Positions 30,217 through 41,095 of a DNA stretch of 64,000 bases are shown here, piece after piece. The position numbers were made by a program, and so were the translations under genes. The stretch covers positions 32,001-96,000 of IMG/VR virus record IMGVR_UViG_3300037760_000114; one strand, given 5' to 3'. The stretch's first letter is position 1; every line of letters begins with the position of its first letter. The DNA is from a virus. Below the pieces are notes generated by a model. It was not told the origin of the DNA and did no database searches. It saw nothing but the letters and a program-made list of their open reading frames with translations.

Positions 30217-30452
30217 TCGCTCCCCCGTGAGCATCTGATCCCTCCCCTACTCTCTGGACTCCCCTGTGATCCGGTGCGACCACTCGATCGCCTCCGGGTC
30301 GATCGGCTCCACCTGATGCACCGGGTTGGCCTCCGGCAGGGCGCACAGCTCACACCGGCCCCGGTTCCGGTGGTCGCGGCTGCCGTCGTCCTGGTACAGG
30401 TGCCGCCGGACCTGGGTGACCGCGCCCCGCTTCGACACCCTCCGGCGGCCCA

Positions 30453-30902
30453 TCACGCCGCCAGCTGATCCGAAGGCAGGTCCGGCACCGCAGCGGGCCG
30501 GCGGCCGTACTCCAGCCGCTTGCGGTCCATCTCCTCCCGCCGGTAGCCCACCTCGCACGCCACGTCGACCAGCTCGCCACGGGCCACATGCCGCCGGTAG
30601 GCCGGGGCGGTGCCGCACGGTGATCCGCCGTCCAGTTCCATGCGGCGGACCCGGCGCCGGTCCCGCATCGGGAACCGGTCCAGCTGCGTCCACCACACCA
30701 GCTCACTGATCGGCCGGTCCACGTTGATGCAGGCTGCGGCCAGGATCGCCACATCCCGCAGCTCCGTCACGTCCAAGCCGTCCAGCTCCCGCGCGACGGC
30801 GTCGGCCGGTTCGTCCCGCAGCCGCACCGCCAGCTCCATGGCTACCCGCAGTAGCCGCTCGGCCCGCCGGTCGGGGTCCTCATGCGGCGAGGGTGTGCCC
30901 AT
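30453..30902 (-). CDS. Hypothetical protein
   Basis: PCGTAPAYRRH...C motif. Confidence 0.5.
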   Translation of the reverse strand: MGTPSPHEDPDRRAERLLRVAMELAVRLRDEPADAVARELDGLDVTELRDVAILAAACINVDRPISELVWWTQLDRFPMRDRRRVRRMELDGGSPCGTAPAYRRHVARGELVDVACEVGYRREEMDRKRLEYGRRPAAVPDLPSDQLAA

Positions 30903-31069
30903 CGCTGCTCACCTCCTCTGTGTCGTCGGTCTGGTCCGGGTGGTCCCGGCGGTAGTGGGAGTCGAGGTCTGCCATGGCCACGTCCAGGTCGTCGTACTCG
31001 CCCATCGCGGACACGGGCTGCCAGGCGGCCTGCTCGCAGCCCGGCTCGCCGCAGCGCCACCGGGGCGAC

Positions 31070-31702
31070 CTATCCACCGGGACCGGTGATCGCGTCGTAG
31101 AGCCTCAGCGCCCACTTCGCATCCCCCAGCGCGGTATGGCGCTCCTCCTCGTCCGGCGACTCCACCCCGCAGGCAGCGGCAAGGTCGTCGGACTTCCACG
31201 GCAGCCGCGTCAGGATCTCCATCGGCAGGCCGGCGTTGTGTGCGCCGGCCTGCGCGCGGCCGTGGAGCCACCCCAGCGCCAGCGCCTCCACGTCGATCAG
31301 GTGGTAGTGCCAGCCGGGCGTCAGGCCGTGTCGACGCAGCAGCGTCGCCAGTACCTCGGTGTCGAAGTTCGGGACCGCGCCGATGATGTGCGCGCCGTGG
31401 GTGACGCGGGCGACATGGCGAGCGGCCTCACTGGGGGATAGGAGTTCCCCGAGTCGGCGGTTGGTGACGGGCCACGAGAACGGGTGTGGCAGGTCCTTGG
31501 CCAGGTAGCGGCCGTACGGATGGCGGTCGTAGAATCTGCCCACCTTCAGCGCGAACGGGTCAGCGTCGGCCAGGTCTACCTCTACGTAGAACTGCCATCC
31601 AGACTCACCGTTGTCATCGCGGCGGATCATGGCGATGTCCCACGCCTGCCGCTGCGGATGCAGCCCGGTGGTTTCGGTGTCCAGCGCGCAAATCGGTGTC
31701 AT
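31070..31702 (-). CDS. DEDD 3'-5' exonuclease
   Basis: LDTETTGL, PNFD, IDVE, HTALGDA. Confidence 0.85.
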   Translation of the reverse strand: MTPICALDTETTGLHPQRQAWDIAMIRRDDNGESGWQFYVEVDLADADPFALKVGRFYDRHPYGRYLAKDLPHPFSWPVTNRRLGELLSPSEAARHVARVTHGAHIIGAVPNFDTEVLATLLRRHGLTPGWHYHLIDVEALALGWLHGRAQAGAHNAGLPMEILTRLPWKSDDLAAACGVESPDEEERHTALGDAKWALRLYDAITGPGG

Positions 31703-31994
31703 GCCCTCTCCTCAGTTGATCCGTGCTGCTCGCTCTGTCGCTCGTCGCGTTCCCGCTCGTACCGGGCGGTCAGCTCCGCCAGCCGCGCCAACAGTCCCGG
31801 GGTCTCCTGCGCCGGCTTCGGCCCGAGGAACCCGTACAGCTGGCCGCAGACGACGCAGACGAACTCGGCGCCCCGGAACTCGAAGGTGCCCACCAGCGGC
31901 TCGTCATCGAGGTGGCAGGTCGCCACCCTGCGTTCCTTGCCGGTGGCCATGTCCAGCGCCAGCGCCACGTCTACCGGGTCGTGAATCTCAGCCA

Positions 31995-32468
31995 TCAGCC
32001 CACCTCCAGCGGGATCGGGTCGTGCACGTTCAGCCCTGCCCGTACGGCGCGGCGATAGAGATCCCACGTGCCCCGGGATCTCGCCACCGGCCCGGCAGCG
32101 GGAAACACCAGCACGTGGTCGGCGCGCGGGACAAGGTCCACCATGGTCTGGTTGCGGCGCCGTCCGGCGTACGGGCAGTAGGTGCTGCCGTCGCGGCGCC
32201 GTTTGCGGTGTGGCCAGTCGGGGCAGCCACCCAACTCCTGCGGGACCGTCAAGTCACAGGTAGGCCAGTCGGCGGGCATCGCCTTGACCTGCCAACCCCA
32301 CGACTCAGCCAGCTCGGCGGCGATGGTGTCTACTCCGGGGGCGTCGCCGTGGATCAGCACCGCATCGCACCACCGGCCGCCGAACGCAGCCTTGATCCCG
32401 TCGGCGATGGTCGGCCGGTGTAGGACGGCGGTGGCGTGCCGGGTGCCGGAGATCAGTACGTGCTTCAC
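31995..32468 (-). CDS. SLOG/DUF2493-like protein
   Basis: VLISGTR, LIHGDAPGVD, RRNQTMV, SRGT. Confidence 0.7.
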   Translation of the reverse strand: MKHVLISGTRHATAVLHRPTIADGIKAAFGGRWCDAVLIHGDAPGVDTIAAELAESWGWQVKAMPADWPTCDLTVPQELGGCPDWPHRKRRRDGSTYCPYAGRRRNQTMVDLVPRADHVLVFPAAGPVARSRGTWDLYRRAVRAGLNVHDPIPLEVG

Positions 32469-32622
32469 CGGGTCACCTCCTGCGGCACCGGCTGCCCCTC
32501 GCCGGGGCACGGCTGCGGCCGGGACGGGTCCCGCCTGTGCCACGGGATCACCCTGCCGAGTAGCCCCAGCGTCACCGGCCGCAGGCACTCCGGGCAGATC
32601 GTCTGCGGAAGCAGCCGGGGCA

Positions 32623-33039
32623 TCAGGAGAACTCCCCGGCGTAGAAGTGGAACCCTTCCGGGTCACGCCACTCCGTGTCGGCTGGCACCCGGAACGTCGA
32701 GCTGCCGAGCATGCCGTCCTCCCACTCGCGGGCGGCTTCGCCCGGTGGCTTCAGTCCGTCCAGCCACACCACCGGGTCATCGACCAGCCGCCGGTACTCA
32801 TCCCACAGCTGCCCGGTCCGCTCGGTGAAGACCCGCCGCCAGTCGGCGCGGGTCAACACCGGGAACCCGAACGGGGAACACGGGTAGTGACCCCACTCGG
32901 GATGCTCGTCGCTGGACAGTAGGTGCGGGTAGGCGCGGAACCCGAACGACCATCCCGCGCTCGACTTGCCCACGTGGTGTTCGTCGTACCGCCCGCACTC
33001 GTTGCACGGGGCGTCACGCCAGTAGTAGTTGGTCCCCAT
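32623..33039 (-). CDS. Phage hypothetical protein
   Basis: MGTNYY...HVGKSSAGWSF. Confidence 0.55.
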   Translation of the reverse strand: MGTNYYWRDAPCNECGRYDEHHVGKSSAGWSFGFRAYPHLLSSDEHPEWGHYPCSPFGFPVLTRADWRRVFTERTGQLWDEYRRLVDDPVVWLDGLKPPGEAAREWEDGMLGSSTFRVPADTEWRDPEGFHFYAGEFS

Positions 33040-33641
33040 CGCTCAGCCTCCCAGCAGTCCGTAGCAGTGCGGCCGGCCGCACCGGTGGTCGTAGCGCTGG
33101 TAGCCGTCGATCAGCCGCAGCCGGTGCGCCACCTCCATTGCGGCTCCGGTGATCCGCCAGTGGCGCCACCGCTGGCAGGTGTGTTCGTCCGCCCCATCAA
33201 CCCACCGGCGCATAGCCCACCGGGCTCCGGTGGCCGTGAACGCCCAGCCGCGTGCCACCCGATCCGCCTCCGCGAGCGGCTGCCCGCTGACCCGGTACCG
33301 GACATGCCAGCGCCAGCGGCGGTGCCAAGGCGGCAGGCTCGGGTTGACGGAACGCAGCACCCACCGGTCCGAGACGTAGATCCGCGCCACGTCAGTCCAC
33401 CTCCCCGGCGGAGTCCACCGGCTGTACCGGGTCGGTGCCTACGGGAGCCGGGTCGGCGAGTGCTTCCGCGACCGCCTCAGCGACGTGCACCAGCGACCGA
33501 CGCCACGCTTCGGCGTACGTCTCGTGCGTCTGCTCTCGGGGGAAGGTGACCTGGAGGCATGAGCACGTTGGCCACCACCGGCCCACCGTCCGCAGGTAGT
33601 CGGCAGCGGGGGCGTGTTGCGTCAGCACATCCACGATCCGG

Positions 33642-34700
33642 TCAGCCAGCACGGGACACCACCGGATACTCCCGGACCCGCAGATCCTCCGGGAAGCCGA
33701 CGATGTCGTGATGGTGGGTGCCCCACCGGGAACCGAGTTGCTTCACGAACACGGCCGTTCCGGCGGCCTTGCATTGCCGCACCAGCAGCCGCGCCCACTC
33801 CAGGTCCATCGGCCGGGTGCCGGGGCCGGACTCTCCACCTACCACGCACCAGTCCAGCGGCGGCATCTCCTGCGTCGTCCACTCCACCGGGCTCTCGTCG
33901 GTAGAGCAGTCCAGGCATTCGTAGTAGGTGCCCTGGTAGTCCCGCTCGTGACCGGAATGGTCATCCGGGGCAAGGTTGACCTCGCCAAGCAGCGGCTCGG
34001 CGCTGATCCACCGGACCGCCGCCGGGGTGTCCAGGAGCGCCGGGATGCGGATGTCCGCCCACTTCTGATCCTCGACACTCACGCCCACCCACACGTTCGG
34101 CAGTACGCCAGGGAACCAGCGCGGCCCCTCCATCCAGTCGTACAGCGGATAGGCCGCGCCTTCCGGCGGGGTACCCATGCTGTAGAGCATGTCGGCGAAC
34201 AGCAGGGCCCGTGGCGATGAGTAGACCTCCCGCACAGCCTCGGGACCTCGGGGCATCGGCGGCATGCCGTTGTTGTTCGCTACCGACTCGTCGCCGGTCG
34301 TGTCGTGCCACCGCTTCAGCCAGGAACGCATCCGGCCGTGCCGCTTGGTGAGGATCTGGAAAGTGTGCTGTGGACACTGCGCCATCACCTCCCAGACTTG
34401 GGCGATGAAGCCGTCGGGAACATCGGCGTGGAACAGGTCGCTCATCGAGTCCACGAACACCATGGCCGGCTTGCGCCACCGCAGAGGCTGCGTCAACCGG
34501 TCTTTCACCAGGTTGACCCGGCCGGTCCAGTCGAGCCGCCCGTCGACGTACCCCACCGTGCCCTCGTAGGCGGGTAGCCGCTGCTGCCGGGCACCCATGC
34601 GTATCGCGTAGCAGCCGTCACAGCCGGGGGACACGCGGTCACATCCGACGGTCGGGTTCCAGGTCCGCTGGGTCCATTCGATCTTGCTGTTAGCGGCCAT
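33642..34700 (-). CDS. DUF5131 (gp37/68) radical-SAM-like protein
   Basis: IEWT..WNPTVGC...GCDGCYA, SMSDLFH, FQILTKR, SAEPLL, VGGESG, FVKQLG. Confidence 0.9.
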   Translation of the reverse strand: MAANSKIEWTQRTWNPTVGCDRVSPGCDGCYAIRMGARQQRLPAYEGTVGYVDGRLDWTGRVNLVKDRLTQPLRWRKPAMVFVDSMSDLFHADVPDGFIAQVWEVMAQCPQHTFQILTKRHGRMRSWLKRWHDTTGDESVANNNGMPPMPRGPEAVREVYSSPRALLFADMLYSMGTPPEGAAYPLYDWMEGPRWFPGVLPNVWVGVSVEDQKWADIRIPALLDTPAAVRWISAEPLLGEVNLAPDDHSGHERDYQGTYYECLDCSTDESPVEWTTQEMPPLDWCVVGGESGPGTRPMDLEWARLLVRQCKAAGTAVFVKQLGSRWGTHHHDIVGFPEDLRVREYPVVSRAG

Positions 34701-35159
34701 CGGGGTCCACCTCCTGTTGCTTGTCCCGCAGTACGAGCGCCCGCCCGTACGGGGTGTCCTCCTGGGTCAGTGGGGCGTCGGTGCCGAGCATCAGCGGCTC
34801 GCCGTACCGCTGCTGCCACCAGTCGCAGACGGTCAGCAGCACCGCAGCGGACAGCCGTGCGTCGACCGGCAGCGGCAACACCAGCAGCGGCCGGTTCGCT
34901 GCGGTCAACTCCAGCAGCGCCCGAGCGAAATCAGACATCAGCACCTCCTGTGCAGCAGTCGGCTACCCAGCCGTGCCCCTCCGGGTCGGCGGTGATCGTC
35001 GCGCCGGCCCGGAACGGCTCGCCGCAGTCGGCGCACCTGCCCGGATATCCGGCGGTGATCGTCACCACGGCCCGCGCTGGTGCCGGTTCCCGGCCGGGGT
35101 CAGGGATGCGGCGGCAGTGGGCACACTCGTCGGGCAGCAGCTCCGTCACCACGCAGCGG

Positions 35160-35558
35160 TCAGGCATCAGCGACCACCTCTCGAATGGTCAGCAGCAGTT
35201 CCCCGGCTGGCCCGTACGGGCGTGCCGGGATCGGATCGCCGGGCAGGATGTGCAGTGCGGTGATGTACGAGTCGTTGTCGTCGGCCACAACACCGGCGTC
35301 TACCACCCCATCGACAGCCGCCTTGATCGACGGGTAGACGTTGGGCGCGTCGCGGCGTACGCGGTCGTCCGGGAATCGCACCACCGCGGTTAGTTCAGCC
35401 TGCGCGAGCCGGGGCACCCGGGCCTGCTGGCAGAACGTGCGGCCGGCCTTGCGCCACTCCTTCACGTCGCCCGCCTGGGCCCGCCGGTCCCGCCGCTGGT
35501 TGACGTTCAGCCACGGCACCGGCGCCTTGATCCGTAGCGTCCACTGCCGGCCGGTCAT
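35160..35558 (-). CDS. RusA-like Holliday junction resolvase
   Basis: RRDAPN...KAAVDGVVDAGVVADD. Confidence 0.75.
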   Translation of the reverse strand: MTGRQWTLRIKAPVPWLNVNQRRDRRAQAGDVKEWRKAGRTFCQQARVPRLAQAELTAVVRFPDDRVRRDAPNVYPSIKAAVDGVVDAGVVADDNDSYITALHILPGDPIPARPYGPAGELLLTIREVVADA

Positions 35559-35800
35559 CCGGCCGCCGCCTCAGCCTTGCGCCGCCTCAGCAGCGCCTTG
35601 CGTTCCCGCTCGGTCATGCCACCCCACACCCCGTGCGGCTGCCGGGTGTCCAGGGCGTACTGGAGACAAGCCGGCTGAACTTCACAGCGGCGACAGATAC
35701 GCCGCGCCTCCACGGTCGAGCCCCCCTTCTCCGGGTGGAACGCATCCGGGTCGGTCTGCGAGCACAGCGCCCGTTCCTGCCAGCTCAGGTCCGCAGTCAT
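35555..35800 (-). CDS. whiB: WhiB-family transcription factor
   Basis: WQERALCSQTDPDAF, CRRC..C, GVWGGMTERER. Confidence 0.92.
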   Translation of the reverse strand: MTADLSWQERALCSQTDPDAFHPEKGGSTVEARRICRRCEVQPACLQYALDTRQPHGVWGGMTERERKALLRRRKAEAAAG

Positions 35801-36204
35801 CGTCGGCCACCCGCGTCCAGCAGCCGCCCGATCTCCCGCTGCATACGCGCGTCGTCGTACTCAGTGCCCGGCGGCACAGCGGCCATGGTGGCTGTCAGGA
35901 ACATCGCCACCGGCGCGGCGCAGCAGGACAGCAGGATGGTGCCCGCGTGGGATTCCAGCCGGATCATCAGCCGTCCGCCGGTCGGCCACACCCGTACGTC
36001 GCCCAAACCTTCCGGCTCAGCCAGGCCCGCCAGCAGCAGGTCGCGGCCGAACGTCCACGGCACCGGCCCGTCGTCGCCGCGCAGCTCCACGGTCACAGCC
36101 AGCGGATTGCCCGGGTCGTAGCGCACCTCGGCGTCGAAGTGCTCGTCGCCCTCGCCGCTGTCGACCCGGAACCGCACCGGCAGCCGGATCACAGCCTCAC
36201 CCAT
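35797..36204 (-). CDS. SsgA-like (SALP) sporulation/cell-division protein
   Basis: RYDPGNPLAV, WTFGRDLL, GLGDVRVWP, FL..T...VPPGTE. Confidence 0.85.
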   Translation of the reverse strand: MGEAVIRLPVRFRVDSGEGDEHFDAEVRYDPGNPLAVTVELRGDDGPVPWTFGRDLLLAGLAEPEGLGDVRVWPTGGRLMIRLESHAGTILLSCCAAPVAMFLTATMAAVPPGTEYDDARMQREIGRLLDAGGRR

Positions 36205-36563
36205 CGCCAGCCTCCTTGCCGCGTAGCCGCTCCAGCTCGATCGGGTCGAACGTCCGCCCGTGGCATTCGCAGCGGCCGGTGGCGAGCCGGATGGTGTGCC
36301 CGCCCGCCTCCTCTGTCTCCTCACCGGAGAGCCACAGCCGTTGCACCGGACGGGGTCGCCACTGGAGCGCCCCGTCGTCGGTGCACGTAAGCACGTGGCA
36401 CACCTCGTGCCATGTCACCGGGTCGGCCTCGTCACCGATCAGCAGCCACCAGCGCCACGGGTCGTCCGGTTCCAGGCTGTCGCCACGGCGGTACACCTGC
36501 TCGTCGGGCACCTCACCGGCGAGCACGTAGGCGCCGTTGGGTGGCTCCGGCAGCAGCGTCGGG

Positions 36564-37136
36564 TCAGCCACGGTCGCTCACCGCCTCGGCGTGCCGGCGT
36601 GCTTCGGCGGTCTCCCTGGCGGTGTAGTACTCCGACAGCTTGCGCGGTGTCCACGTGCACTCCCCGTCGTCGGCGACGAACACACCACCCGGAGGCCCCT
36701 CGTAACAGGCCCACAGCTCGTCATCCAGCTCGAACAGCGCCGGTGGGATCAGGCGGTGGGTGAAGCCTTGGCCGGCGGCCGGTGTGGTCGAGTGGCGGGG
36801 CAGCCCGTGCTCGGTGAGGGCGTGCCGCAGGTCCGGCGGCTGGTGGTCGGCCAGCCACGCCCGCGCAGTGTCGCCGGGCTTGCCCCGGCGTGGCTCCAGC
36901 CGGCCGCGCACGATCCGCCAGCTCTCCGGGATCACCCCGGAGCCGTCCGGCTCCAAGGCAACAAGCCGGTCCGGCCTTCCCCACATTCCGGTCCGCACGA
37001 GCGGACCCTTGTTCCCGCCCAGCGCCGCACAGTCCACACGCAGGCGGGGCAGGAACTCGGTCATCGCTGCCCGGGTCTGCCGGTAGACGGCCACGATCGC
37101 GGGGTCGTTGGTGGAGTATGCGTACTGCTCAGTCAT
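36564..37136 (-). CDS. Hypothetical protein
   Basis: 190-aa ORF coupled to its neighbours. Confidence 0.5.
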   Translation of the reverse strand: MTEQYAYSTNDPAIVAVYRQTRAAMTEFLPRLRVDCAALGGNKGPLVRTGMWGRPDRLVALEPDGSGVIPESWRIVRGRLEPRRGKPGDTARAWLADHQPPDLRHALTEHGLPRHSTTPAAGQGFTHRLIPPALFELDDELWACYEGPPGGVFVADDGECTWTPRKLSEYYTARETAEARRHAEAVSDRG

Positions 37137-38195
37137 CGCCAGACCCCTTGACCTCGAACCGGATCACGATCTCGTCGTCGCCGGGGAAGAACCGCAGCGC
37201 GTCGTCGCTCAACGCGGCTTCCTGCGACAGCCCGTGGACCTGCCGGAACTCGCGGGCCGCGACCTGCATCGCCTTGTCGACCTCGGCCCAGCAGGCACCC
37301 CACAGGCCATCGCAGGGCACCGTGTATTCGATGTGGCGGGTGGTGTACTCCCGACGGCTGTACGTGGCCATCAGCGTTTCGCCCCCTGCTCGCAGTCGCA
37401 GCCCGCCTGCTCGTGCCCGTCCTTGAACCGCTGCCAGAACTCGTCATCGAGCGTGGCGCGTGTCGCCAGCCGGGCGGTCACCCCTTCCCGCTGCCGTGCC
37501 TGCCGGTCGCGGGCACGTGGGTGCATCTCCCGCCACGCCGCCTCTTCGGTGGCGTAAACGTCCCGTGTCGTCGAGCCGGGCACCTGTGCGGCCATCAGCC
37601 CGTACGGATGCCCGCACCGGTAGGCGATCACCCACGTGCAGTCCGCGAGCGGCACCATCTGGCCATCCACGTTCGCGTACAGGTCAGCCACGGCGGTCAC
37701 CACCCAGCAGCCGACGCAGATCCTCCAGCGACTCGACCTGGACCGACTCCATCAACGGGGCCGGAGCCGACCGGACGTGCTCCGCGTAGGCGCGTAGCCC
37801 GGTGGCAAGTTCAGAGCCGGACTCGGTGCCCTCCAGCGCGGCGACCACCTGCCGGTGGATCGCCCCCAACGCCGACGCCTGGTGGCTGCCCAGCGGCCGG
37901 ATCTCCAGGTCGTCACCGTGCGGGTTGTCGTCCCATCCGGTGATGACCACCGGGCCGGCGTACGGCTGCTGACTCGCCCCCAGCCTGGCCAGAACACAGG
38001 CCCCGACCGGGTTCCGGGCGTAGAGGTCCGGCGCCAGCAGCCCGCAGTCGTTCACGAAGCCGGACAGCACCGGGTATCCGAGCTTCACCCTTGCCCACCC
38101 TTCCGGCCCGACAGCGGTGTTGATCCGCTCCAGCGTCGGCGTCTCCTGGTGGTGCGTCAGCGCGCCGTCGGCGGCGATCACGACGTAGCCGGCCA

Positions 38196-38624
38196 TCAGT
38201 GCCGCCCCTGCCAAGTCTCGCCGTCTGGCCACACGATCTGCGGTACGTCTTTCACTACCCGGTACTGGCCTTCCTTGCTGACGACTCGCAGCCGCCACAG
38301 GTCCCCAACGTCTTCGCCTTCGCCCTGCAGATAACCCGAGCACTGGTGCCCGCCCGGTGAGCAGTACCGTGACACCAACTCGGCAACCTCGACCTCGATG
38401 TCGTATGCCTTGAAGGGGTCTTCCGAGATCGCCACGATGCCGACCACGGACCGCTTAGTCAGAGTGCCCTCGTCGGTTTCTACGGTGTCCTCTTCGACCC
38501 GCAGCCGGACGCATTTGCCGCTGCCCTCGGGCCAGCCCTTCAGGTACTCGTCGCCCTTGACGACACCCCAAGAGATCTCCGGGTTGAAAGCAATCTCGCC
38601 GGTGACGTGCGTGTTGTAGCCCAT
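38196..38624 (-). CDS. Phage hypothetical protein (DUF6205-like)
   Basis: MGYNTHVTGEI...GEGEDVGDLWR. Confidence 0.5.
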   Translation of the reverse strand: MGYNTHVTGEIAFNPEISWGVVKGDEYLKGWPEGSGKCVRLRVEEDTVETDEGTLTKRSVVGIVAISEDPFKAYDIEVEVAELVSRYCSPGGHQCSGYLQGEGEDVGDLWRLRVVSKEGQYRVVKDVPQIVWPDGETWQGRH

Positions 38625-39028
38625 CAGCCGCTCGCCTTCTCAAACTCCGACGTGTGCATCCAGTCGTCGCCCAGCCCGCCCGGGTCCTTGAACCGGAACG
38701 TCTCCGGCCCGAACGAGCACTCCGGACCCTCATCACAGGTGCCGATCTCCAGCACCTCCACCACGAACGGCACCCCGGGCATCTGCACCCGATCGCCGAT
38801 CTCGAACTTGGTCATGTCAGTTCTCGCTTCCGTTGTCGTTGCCATCTGTCCACGCCGGGTCATGGGTGTAGGAGTTGCAGCGGTCTGGCTGCCCGCACTG
38901 GCACATCTGGCCCGGCGCGTGCTTCGGGCAACCGGGATGCGGGTAGGCGATCTCGGCGGACGGGACACCCACGTCGGAGCCGGTCAGGCACATCCCGTCA
39001 CACTCAGCCGTGGCGGGCATCGGCTCGC

Positions 39029-39538
39029 TCAAGGTCCGACCTCCTCAAATGGAATTACCAACCCGTCGTCGGTCAGGTACGACAGCACTCCCCGGTACAC
39101 CACCGGCTCCTGGGTAGGGATCTGGTGCCGCTCCAGCCGCAGCCCGAGATCCTTCGACTCGTCGTCCCGGGCGTGGGTCCAGTCGTGGCAGGTGCGGCAG
39201 GCGTACAGCAGGTTGGACAGGCGGTCGTTCTCGACCTTCGCCTCACCGAACCGGCCACCCGCACCCACGCCGATCCGGTGCGCCGGGTCGGTTGCCTGCC
39301 CGCTGCACCCGTTGAGGGTCATCTCGCACCAGCCGCCGCTGCGGGCCACCAGCGCGGCCCGTACGTCGGCGGGTACAGCCGGCCGGTAGCGGGTGGTCAG
39401 CGACGGCTTGACCGGCTTTCCGGCTGCTTCGGCGGCCTCCCGCCGCTTGCGGCCGACCTGCGCCAGGCCGGTCTTGCGCTCCAGCGGCTTGGACGCCTGC
39501 AACGGCTTGCCGCGCGCCAGCGGAGTCCTACGCAGCAT
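39029..39538 (-). CDS. HNH endonuclease
   Basis: RSGGWCE...C...HR...NLLYACRTCH. Confidence 0.7.
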   Translation of the reverse strand: MLRRTPLARGKPLQASKPLERKTGLAQVGRKRREAAEAAGKPVKPSLTTRYRPAVPADVRAALVARSGGWCEMTLNGCSGQATDPAHRIGVGAGGRFGEAKVENDRLSNLLYACRTCHDWTHARDDESKDLGLRLERHQIPTQEPVVYRGVLSYLTDDGLVIPFEEVGP

Positions 39539-40052
39539 CGTCGGCCCCGTCCTCGTCGGGTACCGGCGGAAGGTGCAGGGCGGCGGCCACGTTCGCCAGC
39601 ACCGTCTCTGCAGCCTCCGCCAGCACCGGCTTCGCCCCGTCGGTGGCGCGCATCTGTAGCGCCAGCGGCTCCCCACCCGCCTTGACCGCAAGCCCAGGGA
39701 TTACGGTGCCTTCGGCGTCGAGCACCTGCTCCCCATCCACCCGGGCCGCCTGGACGGTGGCTGTCTGGAACGCGGGCCGCACCTGGACAACGGTCTCCAC
39801 CTCGCCCGGATGGGTGGCCTGCACCCACTTCGCGAACGCCTCCGGATCGGCGACATGCACCGTCTCGTGGGAGACGGGCAGCCACACCGACGCCAGGTCA
39901 GGCAGCCGCCACGTTGGGGCGGTGCCCTGCTCCTCAAACTCGGCGCGTGCGTCGGCTGCCAGCCGCGCCTTCCACTGCGCGGCGCGGGCGTAGGCGCGTT
40001 TCGCGGCGGCCTCCCAGATCAACGCCTGCCGTACCTGATCCGCCCGGTTCAT
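39528..40052 (-). CDS. Hypothetical recombination-module protein
   Basis: Coupled to the AAA ATPase gene; VIPGL motif. Confidence 0.45.
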   Translation of the reverse strand: MNRADQVRQALIWEAAAKRAYARAAQWKARLAADARAEFEEQGTAPTWRLPDLASVWLPVSHETVHVADPEAFAKWVQATHPGEVETVVQVRPAFQTATVQAARVDGEQVLDAEGTVIPGLAVKAGGEPLALQMRATDGAKPVLAEAAETVLANVAAALHLPPVPDEDGADDAA

Positions 40053-41095
40053 GCCGCCACCGCCTCAGGCGACACAGGCCGCTCCTGCGGGGGGTTGTGC
40101 AGCGTTACCTTCCTTGCCCGGATCGCATTGGCGAGCCTGTCCGCCTCCGCCTGCGTGATCTCGCCCTTCTCCAGGGCCGGGGCTATCCCGTTCCAAACCG
40201 TCCTGAGCCCGGCCTCGTCCGGGGCTTCCTCGACCCCCACGGTCAGCACCACGTACATCTGCGACTCGGGAGCCTCTTGTCCGGCGATCATCGGCACGAC
40301 TTCCCGCGTACCGCCGGTGGCCGCGTCCCAGCCGTACCGTTCGAAGATCAGCCACTCCAGGCTGAACCGGGGCACCGTCTGCTCACGGTCCACACCCGGC
40401 TGGATGCCGCCGCTCACCGCCCGCAGCTTGATCAGCCGGGGGTTACCGTCGCGGGTGAGCCGCACCCAGATCGGCATCGAGGTCGGCAGCGACTTCTGGC
40501 CGGCAACCTTCCAGGTCTTCTTCTTCGACGGCTGCCCGTTCTCGAAGAGCGTGACCTCCTCACCGCGCGACAGCAGGACAACGATGCCCTTCGACGTGAG
40601 GAAGAGACTCATCAGCTTGCGCCACCGCGCGGTGGCGTCGTTCCAGTAGTTGCTGGTGATGTCGATCTCTGCGTTGGGGTCTTCAGCTAGCAGCTGCTTG
40701 TTCTTCTTGCTCGAACGGGCACGGTTGTCGGCCCACTCGCTGAGCATTTCCCAAACCGCCCCGATCTGGTCCACGACCAGCACCGGCGGCAACTCGCCCG
40801 CATCGGAGGCGCGGAACGTCTCGTCGCGGAAGTCGCGGCATGCGCCGTAGAGGGCGTGCCAGTCCCACACCTCATGCGCGTTGGCGGGCTGCACGATCTC
40901 ATAGCGGACGTTCGGGATGGCCCCGTACTGGTCGGCGGTGGACTCGTCGCCCAGCTCGATCCAGTACGTGCGGCCGACCTTCGGCGACGCGGACAGCTCC
41001 GCCGCGGTCCAGCTGCGACCGGAGCCGGTCTCGCCTTCCAGCAGCACCACCGGTGGTGGCACCTTGCCCGTTGGCTGCCTAGTTCGTAGCGTCAT
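40049..41095 (-). CDS. AAA/RecA-like ATPase (Sak4-like)
   Basis: Variant Walker A GETGSGRS; Walker B VLVVD. Confidence 0.7.
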   Translation of the reverse strand: MTLRTRQPTGKVPPPVVLLEGETGSGRSWTAAELSASPKVGRTYWIELGDESTADQYGAIPNVRYEIVQPANAHEVWDWHALYGACRDFRDETFRASDAGELPPVLVVDQIGAVWEMLSEWADNRARSSKKNKQLLAEDPNAEIDITSNYWNDATARWRKLMSLFLTSKGIVVLLSRGEEVTLFENGQPSKKKTWKVAGQKSLPTSMPIWVRLTRDGNPRLIKLRAVSGGIQPGVDREQTVPRFSLEWLIFERYGWDAATGGTREVVPMIAGQEAPESQMYVVLTVGVEEAPDEAGLRTVWNGIAPALEKGEITQAEADRLANAIRARKVTLHNPPQERPVSPEAVAA

